Shown: one piece after another, positions 39,001 through 49,951 of the stretch
Position numbering within the stretch: the first letter of the stretch is position 1
How the letters are laid out: every line of letters begins with the position of its first letter
Source of the DNA: Chiloscyllium plagiosum
Taxonomy: Eukaryota
Direction: 5' to 3'
NCBI RefSeq assembly: GCF_004010195.1
Contig: NC_057718.1
Coordinates: 39,103,143 to 39,165,142 of the forward strand
Length of the DNA stretch: 62,000 bases
Notes under the pieces: generated by a model
Seen by the model: the letters and a program-made list of their open reading frames with translations, nothing else
Databases searched by the model: none
What the model was told of the DNA's origin: nothing
Translations under genes and position numbers: made by a program

Positions 39001-39500
39001 ATTGGTACCCACATGGCCTTAACAACTGGATATTTTGCCTCTCACTTCCACGTTCTCTCCAGCTCTGAGGTGATCTTTTACCTGGCAGCAGGCAGGCAAC
39101 ATAGCCTTTCACACTCAGCTCATGTTGCAGAGAACTGTATATGTTTCCCAACCATGCTGTCCCCTATTATAACTATATACCTACCACTTGACTCCACTGT
39201 GGTGTGTGGACAATTTACTCATCTTCTTTGCAATCCCTGCTGTCATCCAAACAAGCTAAAATATCATCAAAGGTGTTGGACCATTGCAAGGGCTGACACT
39301 CCTTCATTGTGACATTCTGGATCCCCATAACTGCCTCTCTTACAGTTTCACCCATGTCCCTGAACACAAACCAAATCTGAAGAGCTAGCCAAAGGGGTAT
39401 GATTATCTTCTGAAACAAGTTGCCCAGATAAGTTTACAATTATAGATTGGACTCCAGCTCATCAACTCTAGCCACAGGTTCCTGAAGCTGCAGACCCTGA
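36070..39500 (-). mobile_element. Highly degenerate CR1 (ORF2 N-terminal half and upstream region), interrupted at 37102-37985
   Basis: Translations LEGETVDLIMGSKEIAETLN and LAKVEWKNGL...EWQTVKE...LWLTKEV. The upstream boundary is approximate. Confidence 0.55.
37102..37985. repeat. Possible solo LTR inserted in CR1
   Basis: TGT...ACA ends (TGTAAAAG...GATCTTAACA) interrupt CR1-like sequence. TSD not evident. Confidence 0.4.
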
Positions 39501-40505
39501 GTTGTAAATGATTCAGTTCTGGAGTCTATTCACAAACTGAGTTGCAGCCAAGTCAGAATTCAATGCACGACAATGTAAAGCAACTGTTTGTAAGTACAGG
39601 AAATTTTCGTACATCGAGTCTTTAAAATTACACCCTTATATGAGATTGCATTTGTAAGCATGAATGTTCATAAGTGGTAAATGAGGGGCCCCCTTTACTA
39701 AGATATGGTTGCCATGGATCACAAATTTCCACCAGTATCTGTATGCTGCAGCTGCACCACAATATCTGACCTACTCTTAGTTTGTTTTATTCAACTAGCT
39801 AGATCTCATATTTACAAATATTACTCAACTGATATCCAAAATTATGTGTTTAGCTAGTTTCATTATAAATCTAGTAGTGCTAAAGGGAATCAAAGCCATA
39901 ATGCCCTTCAGCCAGTGAACTCTGAGCCTGCCTGTGGTGTGACAGTTTGGTTTCCTTCTCTTTTTTTCAAACACTAGCACACCCAGTTTGCTTCTGCTTT
40001 CTATGAAATCGTCATTTATTCCCCAACTGTTTCTCTCTTTTATCTTCACTACTGCTGCAAGTCCTTACCCTTCACTGTGCTCGCTCGCTCTCTCTACCCT
40101 CCTCCCCCCGCCGCACCCCGCCCCCCCAAAAAAAACCCTCCAATCCCACCCCCTTAATTCTCCACTGCTGCTGTTGTCTCCAATCAAGTCCTTATTTTTT
40201 CTTCTCTGGTCTAGGTGCAGTTCCAACAGTGGCCAACACTCCTGATGGTGCTGCTTGGATTAAGGAATTACAAGCAAACTGATTGCACAGTAGCTCCTAG
40301 AAATTGGATATTTCCTTTATAAGGGAAGATGATCTGACTGCAGCTCACCAGCGACTTAATTGCCACATCTGGTCAGGGCTTGTGGAAGTGGCCACAGCAT
40401 TATTGTCCCAAAGTTTTCTGACTTGTTCAGGGCCTCCATGACCTCAATTGAATTTGGTTCTCTTATCACTGTGAAGGCAACAATATGCAAATGTCGTGTT
40501 CGTGT

Positions 40506-41294
40506 CACAGAGTCATAGAGATGTACAGCGTGAAACAGACCCTTTGGTCCAACCCAACGATGCCAACTGGATATCCCAACCCAATCTAGTCTCACCTGCC
40601 AGCACCTGGCCCATATCCCTCCAAACCCTTCCTACATATACCCATCCAAATGCCTTTTAAATGTTGCAATTGTATCAGCCTCCACCACTTCCTCTGGCGC
40701 CCATTCTATACACGCACCACCCTCTGTGTGAAAAAGTTGCCCCTTAGATATCTTTTATATCTTTCCCCTCTCACCCTAAACCTCTGCCATCTAGTTCTGG
40801 ACTCCCCAACTCCAGGGAAAAGACCTTGTCTATTTATTCTATCCATGCACATCATGATTTTATAAACCTCTATAAGGTCACCTCTCAGCCTCCAACGCTC
40901 CAGGGAAAACAGCCCTAGCCAATTCAACCTCTCTGTATCTTCCAACCCTGGCAACATACTTGTAAATCTTTTCTTAACCATTTCAAGTTTCACAACATCC
41001 TTCCAATAGGAAAGAGATCAGAATTTCACGCAATATTCCAAAAGTGGCCTAACCAATGTCCTGTACAGCCGCAACATGACCTCCCAACTCCTGTACTCAA
41101 TACTCTGACCAATAAATAAAAGCGTACCAAACGCCTTCCTCACTGTCCTATCTACCTGCGACTCCACTTTCAAGGAGGAATGAACCTGCACTCCAAGATC
41201 TCTTGGTACAGCAACACTCCCTAGGACCTTACCATGAAGTGTAAAAGTCCTGCTAAGATTTGCTTTCCCAAAATGCAACACCTCACATTTACCT
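40506..41294 (-). mobile_element. CR1 (HER1-like) LINE 3' ~0.8 kb
   Basis: LHFGKAN...RDLGVQVHSSLKV...RTLVRPLLEYC and RLRGDLIEVYKIM. Tail CTCTATGACTCT. Confidence 0.92.
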
Positions 41295-41354
41295 AGGGCT
41301 TAGCTCTTCAAAATAAAAACAGCTTCCCTAATGTTTCTCTGCTTTTGTTCAAGA

Positions 41355-41510
41355 CAATGCCATGGCATCCTTTACATCTAGTTAAGTGCAGGATTATCTC
41401 ATCTGAAATTCAGCACATCTGACAATGTAGCACTCCATTAACATTATACTTTGCGCTTATAGAATGGATCTTGGAGCCAAGACCTGCTGACTCAGAAGCA
41501 AAAGTGATTT
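41355..41510 (-). mobile_element. Old Deu-domain-like SINE remnant
   Basis: GCCATGGCATCCTTTAC...CTCATCTGAAATTCAGCACATCTGACAATGTAGCACTCC...CTGACTCAGAAGC. A similar remnant lies at ~13430-13610. Confidence 0.45.
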
Positions 41511-41664
41511 TAGAGGCACAATGCAATTGGTGACTGAATTCAATATAAAATCTAATTAAGCATGCCAAATAAAATTTATATTACCACAACTGTGAACAGT
41601 ATCTAAGGATAGGAGATCCATGTATTCCTTGTAATCAGCACTGCTTATTATTTTTGTTTTGCAG

Positions 41665-41750
41665 GTTGGCCATGGATACCTGTAACAGTCCTGGCATATT
41701 TCTACTGCTATGCCCAAGTGGGAATTGAATATGACCGAGTCAAAAATTAA
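41665..41750 (+). CDS. HHAT: Last coding exon of hedgehog acyltransferase (MBOAT family)
   Basis: Acceptor TTTTTGTTTTGCAG (AG at 41663-41664), phase 1. Encodes (G)WPWIPVTVLAYFYCYAQVGIEYDRVKN*, matching the recalled human HHAT end [23 protein letters not shown]. Convergent with KCNH1, as in human. Confidence 0.9.
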
Positions 41751-42304
41751 ATCTTCTGTTAACCGAGCTATACTTTACTAGTATAAATATTGATCGTGTT
41801 TTAAAAAGAGACATGCTGTCAAAGCTTTTCATCAACACTCAAGACAAAATCACAAGAATAACACCTCTCAAAGGCAACAGTTTATTACCTCAATCAATCA
41901 ATCCACTTGCCAGCAATTCTGCATCGCATGAGATATAAATTGTTGATCCATTTCATGGCATTAATCAAGTTCTGTACTGTCAAGCAACTAATAATACTAA
42001 ACTTGAAAAAAATCTCATTACTGTTTTATATTTAAAATGCAAAACTTAATTTGGATACCTTTTGGCTGCATTTTCATCTTCAAATTTGCTATTTGGGTAA
42101 ACTTAACATGTGCCTCTGCTATGCATAGTGTTTGGGGAGAGAACTGCACCAGAAGTGGAGCTGCATCGATTTCCTTGGGGGAAGGAGAGTTTGCAGTGCA
42201 TACCATCCGTGACATTCTTTCATGATAATAAAGGAGAATGCTGTCAAGTTTGTGGCACTGCTTGCTTCCAGACAATCAGGTAATCTGTGCAGCACTTTTG
42301 TGCA

Positions 42305-42310
42305 AATAAA
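42305..42310 (+). terminator. Candidate HHAT polyadenylation signal
   Basis: AATAAA ~555 nt after the stop, followed by a GT-rich tract (TTGGTGTGTGTAAGTTATGTT). Another AATAAA is at 42227-42232. Confidence 0.4.
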
Positions 42311-42348
42311 TGATTCCTTGGTGTGTGTAAGTTATGTTAATATAAATA

Positions 42349-43245
42349 CAGAGGAACCTCGATTATCTGAATATCGGATTGTCCAAAGATCTCTATGTCC
42401 CGATAAAAACATTACATCAAAGAGGTGTTACCAACACTGATCGCGACTTTTGTTTACAATGATTAAAAGTGAATTTGGCTTACAAATAACAGACGCCAAG
42501 AACAGTCCTGGACATTGATGGGAGCCCAGGTACCGTCACCAGATGACTGACCTCCTGTCCCCCTCTCTCTCCCCATAATTTCCCTGGAGTTCTACAGGGG
42601 GGTGTATCCTATACACACTTTCGCCAGATAATCTCTCCAACATTGTCTTGTACAGGGCAGAGTGTGAACTTGTCAAAAAGTTGTGTGTGTGGCTGTGTGC
42701 ATGTGTGTGCGGCTGTGTGCATGTGTGTGCTATTTTGAGACTCACGCACCCCCCCCCCCCCCAAAGGCAGCAGCAGTCTTGCTGTTGTTGTCCAATCCGG
42801 CTGCTGTCTCTACTCCGTTACTTCATTTTGTTCTGGAGTCCCATTTGGGGAGAAGATATAAGAGGCATCTGACTGCTTCATCCGCTGACTGGAACCGTGG
42901 AAAGTTGAAAACATGCAGCGGGGTGGGGGTTTGCGCTGTGTGCTGCTGCCTAGTCTCCTGAACGGGGAGCAGACTCAGCAAGCGCTCAGTCTGGCAATCC
43001 CATTGAAGTGAAGCAGCGGCAGGGAGAGGCTTCAGCAATGCTGCTGGTCCCTTACACACAAGTGTATCTGCTCAGAAACAAACCCTGAGACAGAGAGAGG
43101 GAGCAAGGCAGGAACAGCAAGGAAAAAGGAAACTTAAGAAAACTCCGAGTCCCAGAGGAGAAACATTGAATCGGTTTTCCGAATAATCAATCATCCAAAC
43201 GAAATACTGCCTGCCAATCTCGTTTGGATAATCGAGATTCTTCTG
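42349..43245. mobile_element. Non-autonomous Tigger/pogo-like DNA transposon (897 bp)
   Basis: TA|CAGAGGAACCTCGATTATC...GATAATCGAGATTCTTCTG|TA, giving TIRs and a TA duplication (42347-42348, 43246-43247). No transposase ORF. Confidence 0.88.
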
Positions 43246-43249
43246 TAGT

Positions 43250-43467
43250 GGGTTCGATTAGCTCTGTTGGCTGGATGGTTGATTTGCAAGGCAGAGTAAC
43301 ACCAACAGTGTGGGTTCAATTGCCACGGCATCTGAGGTTACTATGAGGTCATCTTTCTCAGCCTCTCCCTTGCCTGTGGTGTGGTGACCCTCAGATTAAA
43401 CCACTACCAGTTGTCTCTCTGTAGTAAAGCAGCCCTGTGATCCAGTAGGAGTATGGTGACTTTATTA
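43250..43467 (+). mobile_element. Short tRNA-derived SINE
   Basis: TAGCTCTGTTGG (A box), GGGTTCAATTGCC (B box), and tail GTATGGTGACTTTATT. Confidence 0.65.
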
Positions 43468-44181
43468 GCACTTATTGACATAACTATTTTTCAAAAACAC
43501 ATTAAATTACCTGGTATTTAAATTCTTATTTTGGTGTCAATTAGTGAAATTAATGCAAATATATGAAATTCCCCTACCTAATATTTTAGTGAAATCTTGT
43601 AACCCTATTAAATTAGTGAACAAAAGGAAGGCAGAATTACACATATATAGTCAAGTGTGATTCTAAACAAGCAAATTGTTGTATTTGCTACATGCCACAG
43701 GCTAATTTACAGAATTCAGTTAGGATTCCGAACCTGTTTTATTAAATGAGATTAATCCAGAATAGCTGATAAATTAAATCTGGTTACCTAATCCCAAAGA
43801 AGATTTAAGGGGTCATATTCAATAAAAAAAACTTTATCTGTAGGAATTAACCTGAACTAGATTGTGATGCAAAGCTTAAACATTGCATTATCAGTGATAG
43901 CAGGTCAAAGAGTGCATTGGCTAGACATTCACCAGTAGTTTATCTTCTTCCATTTCGGTGCTTACATTCGAGTGCTTATATTGAGTGCTTATGGGGTGGC
44001 ACGATGGCTCAGTGCTTAGCACTGCTGCCTCACAGTGCCAGGGACCCAGGTTCAAATCTGGCGACTGTCTGTGTGGAGTTTGCGTATTCTCCTAGGTCTG
44101 CGTGAGTTTCCTCCGGGTGCTCCGGCTTCCTCCCACAATCAAATGATGTATAGGTCACGTGAATTGGTCAAGCTAAATTGC

Positions 44182-44324
44182 TTGACCAATTCTTCATTCC
44201 TGAAGAAGGGCCTGTGCCCGAAACGTCGAATCTCCTGTTCCCTGGATGCTGCCTGACCTGCTGTGCTGTTCCAGCAATAAAGTTTCAACTTTGATCTCCA
44301 GCATCTGCAGACCTCACTTTCTCC
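44182..44324 (+). mobile_element. PLE-derived mini-element (hammerhead to 3' end) with a 14-bp TSD
   Basis: TCAAGCTAAATTGC at 44168-44181 and 44325-44338. Ends CCAGCATCTGCAGACCTCACTTTCTCC. Confidence 0.9.
44196..44231 (+). ncRNA. Minimal type I hammerhead ribozyme motif, intact core
   Basis: ATTC-CTGAAGA-A-GGGC-CTGT-GCCC-GAAA-C-GTC/GAAT. Perfect 4-bp stem I (AUUC/GAAU) and stem II. Predicted cleavage after 44227. Confidence 0.8.
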
Positions 44325-44968
44325 TCAAGCTAAATTGCCCATAGTGTTCAGGTATGTGTACGTTAGGTGCATTAGTCAGGGGTAAATATAGGGTAGTAGG
44401 ACAGGGGAACGGGTCTGGGTGGGTTACTTTTTAGAGGGTCATTGTGCACTTGGGCTGAAAGGCCTGTTTCCACAAGGTAGGGGCTCTATGATTCTATGAT
44501 CACATCAGAAAACTCATATATTCATATGAACCAAATTTAACTGAGTCATGGCAAGCTGTTGCATTGCAATTGATTATATAAGAATAGTTTCTACCAGAAG
44601 GTAAATATATATCAGCAAGAAAATAAGATCTTCATTGTACTTGCTTCTTCTTTGTCTCACTAACCTCTAGCATTACATTCTCTGTTCCCTGCTCACTGAA
44701 GTTGCATATATGTAATCCACACATGGTCAAACATTAGACACATTTTTCTGTCTTGAGTGTGGGTAACCTTATCTTGATCATCCACACCATGGTCCTTCAG
44801 AGCATTTACTCCAGTCTTCAGCCTAGTGGGCTTGCCTTTACTTGATTTGACTCCTACTGAACTAAACTTAACCAAATCAAATTAGCAATGGAACATTCCA
44901 CTGCACCTCACCATTAGATTTGGAGTCATCAAGGACCACACCCTTGAGGTCAACTTCCACTCATGACA

Positions 44969-45024
44969 GAGCTGAAAATGTGTTGCTGGAAAGTGAGGAC
45001 TCCAGCATCTGCAGTCCTCACTTT
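44969..45024. mobile_element. 56-bp scrambled PLE-tail micro-insertion with a 14-bp duplication
   Basis: TTCCACTCATGACA at 44955-44968 and 45025-45038. Contains inverted GAGCTGAAAATGTGTTGCTGGAAAGTGAGGACT plus forward CCAGCATCTGCAGTCCTCACTTT. Confidence 0.75.
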
Positions 45025-46679
45025 TTCCACTCATGACACCCAGCTCCATCTCCATCTCCACAATGCCTCCACTTTTTCTTGTAGTTCTTGTCCAGCAACC
45101 AGTCTTACACACAGTTTCCATTGACTAAATCTTGGAAAGGTTGAAGGCTTGTCCTCTGCCACTGCTACAGAATTATAACCATGACATTATTTATTCTTAG
45201 GTTGAATCAGATTGCTCACAACCTTGTAGTCCTATTTCAACTTGCATTGGACTACCACGCCAAAGCTTTTCAGTGCCAAAGAACACCTATTTTTATTTCT
45301 AATACTGAGCAGGAATTTTCAGATGGTGTAATTTCCCACACTGCCATTCAGAGTCAGTGGGGAACGCAGCCTGAATTCAATGCTCTGAGGAGGTTCATTG
45401 ACTAGAAGCAGGACTACATAGCTGACATAAGATGGATATGGTCCAGAGACAGCCCAACCAATAAACCTGCCAGCAGGGTCACTAATATTCTGCCCATTGT
45501 CCACCTCAAACCATTTGTTACTGGGACCCTTATCTTTGCCCTGAATCTCATAACAAAAGCACAGTGAGAAATGTAAACAAATTGCTTTGATAATATTGCA
45601 GACAGGAAATGCAAAAAAAGAGGGAGGCATGCTGGGAATAAAATGAAGGAATTTAACAACTCATAACTGAGGGCAGACCAAGGAATAGGAAGGGGAATTG
45701 TCATCTGGAGAATGGATTGGGATCATAGAATTAAAAAAAGAACAATTGTCGTAGTTAAATATATTTATGTTAAAGAAAACATATGACTGACAAATATTAT
45801 TCCTTGAAATCAGGTGCTCTGCATGTGTATTTCCTCTCTTGATCCCTCTACTTGTCTGTACTCTCTTTTAGCATTGATTTCATCCAGAATTAAAGTTCTA
45901 AACAAATTTTGTCATTCTAATTTAACAATAAATGTAATAATGTTTCTTATTGGTTGTTTAGAAATCTTTTTTTCAGTAGCATTTTAGACTGCTTGAACAA
46001 TTTCTGCATGAAAAAGTGTAAATACTCTTTGTGCGTACAGAGTAAATATTGTTCTGCCAGTAATGATTACTAGTTTGCATTGGTCCATTGGATAGCTATT
46101 GCTTTAAATAATTCTGAATGTTATCCTTTTCATTATTCTTAGTCATTTCCCATATTTGTTGTATTCATACTTATTTTTAAAGAATATAGTTTTAATAGTC
46201 TAATTAAGATTGAGCCATCATTAGATGCTGTAAGCTTTATTTTGCATATAACCTGTCACAATTTATCTTATCTCAAACATTAAAAAAACTCATTCATTTT
46301 CATTAAATTGTGACATTATAACTTTCTACATAGGTCCTATTATGATCTTTCTCAGTTAGATCAGCTGATTTGTGCAGAACTTTCATTAGTTGTATTGTGT
46401 CCTTGCAACTGCCTAGAAATTGACTGTCAAACAATGCTTGCTGTTGTAGATTTTTTAATTACTTCAGAATGATATTTCTATCTTTTTAGTGAATGAGTGA
46501 GGTTCCCAAGGTGAATGGAGTATTTTTATATGTCAGTGTTAACTAATGAATAACATGAAGATGATATTATGCAGCACATTGTTTCAAAAATTAAATTTTA
46601 AAATGAAGGGCAGCATGTGACTATTTAATAAGCCGACGATCACTGATCTCATTGATTTATACACAAATCCAAAAGCTTA

Positions 46680-49600
46680 TGTATAAAATACTCTTTATTG
46701 TTATAAATAAAGTTTACATATCTTTACAAATCAAATAATTTGTGCTTCATGTTTTTTTTGTTACTGTAATATATTAATATATATGATGTGCATAAATTAT
46801 ATGTAATTGATTTTCAATAAATGTTGCAAAACCGGTACATATGCCATTACTGGCAGCTTTTCTTGCTGACCACAAAAATAGTTCAGTACTTTTGCCATGC
46901 CCACAGGAGTATGTGCATAATTACACAAAATTAAAAGTAGTAGTCTTGAATCAATATTGTAGGTTATCTGGTGCTTCTTTGATGTGGGAAGAAAATAAGT
47001 GAAGCACATTCCTACAGGACCCTATTGAATGCAGTTTGCAGGTTCATGCAAAAAGCCCCTACAAATAAAGAAATTCAGAACGTTTTTCTTTAATATCAGA
47101 ATTTTCACCAGTCACTTGTAACAATCTTATGAACCTGATTGCATCTTTAAATTGGTATTTTCCCCAAAGTTTAGGAGGTTTCACTCTTTAAGGAGAAGAT
47201 TTGTTCAGCAATCTAATTCACAACTTGTAACTACTGTACACAGTATTAATCAGCCTCTGAGAGGTTAACTCAAATACCCTATACATCAAATTTCTTTTAA
47301 GTACATCTGTCCATTGCAAGTTGCTAATCTGAATATACATAGCATTTTGTTAAATTTGTGTCAGTATTCAGAATGGATTCCCAGAAGCAAGGTTAATGCA
47401 CAATTAGAAAAGTCTTATCAATTCATTTCACTGTCTAACTTGTTTTAAGAAATTAGTCATTTATTGTTCTTTGGAAATCACAGCTTTTATATGATTTCAG
47501 CTAGCTGAAGCAATTTGAACTGAATTGTAAAAAATACACATTAGAAATGATTTAAAACTTATTAAAAAAATTAAAGCATTCTTCTAAGTACCTCTTATGC
47601 AGACCACATATATTGCATGGTAACATCAGCTAATTCATTGTAGATTAATTAACAAAGGCTACTATAGAAAAAATACATGGAAATAATTGTCGATATTTGA
47701 CAAAGACTTCAGAATTATTTCAGTTCCTAGTTAATGACAATGAATTAAACCACTCATTTTAACTGAGCAATGTAAACATCATTCCCGGTTTAAGACTGAA
47801 TTCTTACAGCCTGTCGAGTGTAGCCTTTCAGTATTCAACTTGTACAATATTATTAACTGTGGTTCGCTGGAAAGAATTATATTTTGGGCAAACAACTTTA
47901 TATAACAGCACTAGTAGAAACTTTTACATCATTAAACCATTTATCCAAACTGAAACTGATATTTAAATTGTTGCTTATAACATTCAGAAAAGCTGACATT
48001 ACAAATTTATATTGTTCCCATCTGTTTTTAAAGTAAGCTTCCTCTGTGTTGAGATACATTACAATGTTGTTTTTATTAAAATGTTGTCTTTGAGCTGATA
48101 CCTCAGCGGATGCTCTGTTGGTCTCGAACTGTTTAAGTCTCTTCTGCCTGTACATAATAAATCAGCACTGATTATGTTGCACTAGATACTTTGGATTACA
48201 AAAGTCTGTCTATGCTGCTACTGAATGAATTCTCCACAAGTGGTTTTTTGCTGTAGAACAGCTATTGTTTACATTCACTTTTATAGTGGAATAAAATGCT
48301 TACCAATTCTATCCCATTTCACTTTTATCTTGTGTGACCAGTGGAATCATGCAGAGCGATCTTCAGAAAATACATAGATCCTCTGGCATATTTTAAATAT
48401 ATGTGCACGCAGCCATTGTTTATGCTGCTTTTATTACTGTCTATTAAGTTTGGATTCTAGGAAAGTGCGTCAATAAGTTGAGTACCGGCATTTGTACTGT
48501 TGGATAAAAACTAATTGTGTCAGTGATGTCCAAATACCAAGAATGAATTGAAAATAAAAATCTGCCTCTTTTAGCTCAACAGAAGATTTCTGGATAAACA
48601 AGAAAAAACACTGGCTACTTGAGTGTGTCGTTAGAAGAAGGGAGTCTGATTTAGTGACATGAATATAAAAGTTGGCCTACAGATGTAAGTCTTTCAGAAT
48701 TCAGCTTGGAAATTGATTAAGTATTCCAAGCTGTTGTAGCACACCTACAACTAAATGGAAGAAATAATCCAGAATGTCCACTTATGATCAATGACCGCAA
48801 CGCAAAAGGCCAAGATATAGGACGAAATGCAGAACGTATAGAGTCATACAGCATAGAAACAGAACCTTCGATCCAACCCGTCCAAACCGACTATAATCTC
48901 AAACTCAACGAGGCCCACCTGCCTGCACTTGATCTATATCTCTCCACCCACCCACCCCCGTCCCCCAATCATCACCACCACCACCATCAAACATCTCTTA
49001 TTCATATACTTATCTAAATGTCTATTAAATGTTGTAACTGTACCCGCATCCACCACTTTTTCTGGAAGAAGCACAATGACATGGCATAATTTTGTGCCTT
49101 TAGAAGTGAGAATGAGCAATTTTAAAAAAAACACAGCCAAGGTATGAGAAGACTGCAGGCAGAAACAACAGGAAAGGGAACATAAACAACTGACAACCCT
49201 TCTATGTTCTAAAATTACAAATCATTTTTACTTTTGAAATTTCTGTCCAAAAAAACTTTTTTTTTAAAAAAAGTGTACTGTTTGATTTGAATTGCTTCAA
49301 CAAAGCAAAGGTTACTATGAACAAGAAGCAGATCCAAATCCAAAGCTGCAAAGCAGCAACATTGAAGTTGGTCTTCAGCTGTAACTTTCCTGCAATTAAT
49401 AAATAATCAAAAATATATCGATGTCCTGGGAAAAATAAAGCTACATGGAGCATAAAGAAGTGATATGTTTTGTGTATAATCTAGAAAAAAAGTGATAAAT
49501 ATTTAATCTGAAGAAACACAGTACAGATCTGTAAAAACTCCAAAAGTTCCTTTGGTTATCCCAATTAAATAGAGGAGCTATGTGGACATTATGCTACAAA

Positions 49601-49951
49601 ATAAGGAATCTTAAATTATCAATATTTTTTCAGCAAGTATTTCCATGAAATGTCATAATAAGCCACATGCAAAGATATTTATAGAATAACTGTTCGTAAT
49701 TTTATGTCCTTAAAATTAATCAAAATATGCAATGTAGAAAATCAGTAAAAACAAAAGTAGTTTTCTTCAGCTGTCATTCTGTCAATGAGGTGCACATGTG
49801 TTTGTGCATTCCTCCCAGAAATCAGAAAACAAGCACAATTAAGTCCCATCATTTCAGCACTCTGGACAGCTCATCTTCAAACTGGATAATGTTTAGCAAA
49901 TGACACCTGAATTTTCCCATGTTTGATTTTTGTCACTTAAAGGCTCTTCAG
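46680..49951 (-). other. Putative KCNH1 3' UTR
   Basis: AT-rich, repeat-poor sequence after the stop codon. Minus-strand AATAAA at 46694-46699. The end point is inferred. Confidence 0.5.
48835..49068 (-). mobile_element. CR1 3' tail inside the putative KCNH1 3' UTR
   Basis: TATAGAGTCATACAGCATAGAAACAG...AAATGTTGTAACTGTACCCGCATCCACCACTTTTTCTGG. Confidence 0.8.

Larger units (their letters stand above)
43994..44500 (+). mobile_element. HE1-type SINE interrupted by a PLE mini-element
   Basis: GGGTGGCACGATGGCTCAGTG head and tail CTCTATGATTCTATGA. Continuity is broken at 44182-44324. Confidence 0.9.

Noticed and set aside
1..41664. Upstream HHAT exons or other host genes among the many 60-150 aa ORFs
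   Set aside because: None resembled HHAT or another known protein. Most overlap repeats. A very small exon could have been missed.
41665..41750. HHATL as the gene identity
   Set aside because: The GWPW...YCY..VG pattern fits HHAT. HHATL, from recall, ends with a different, charged tail.
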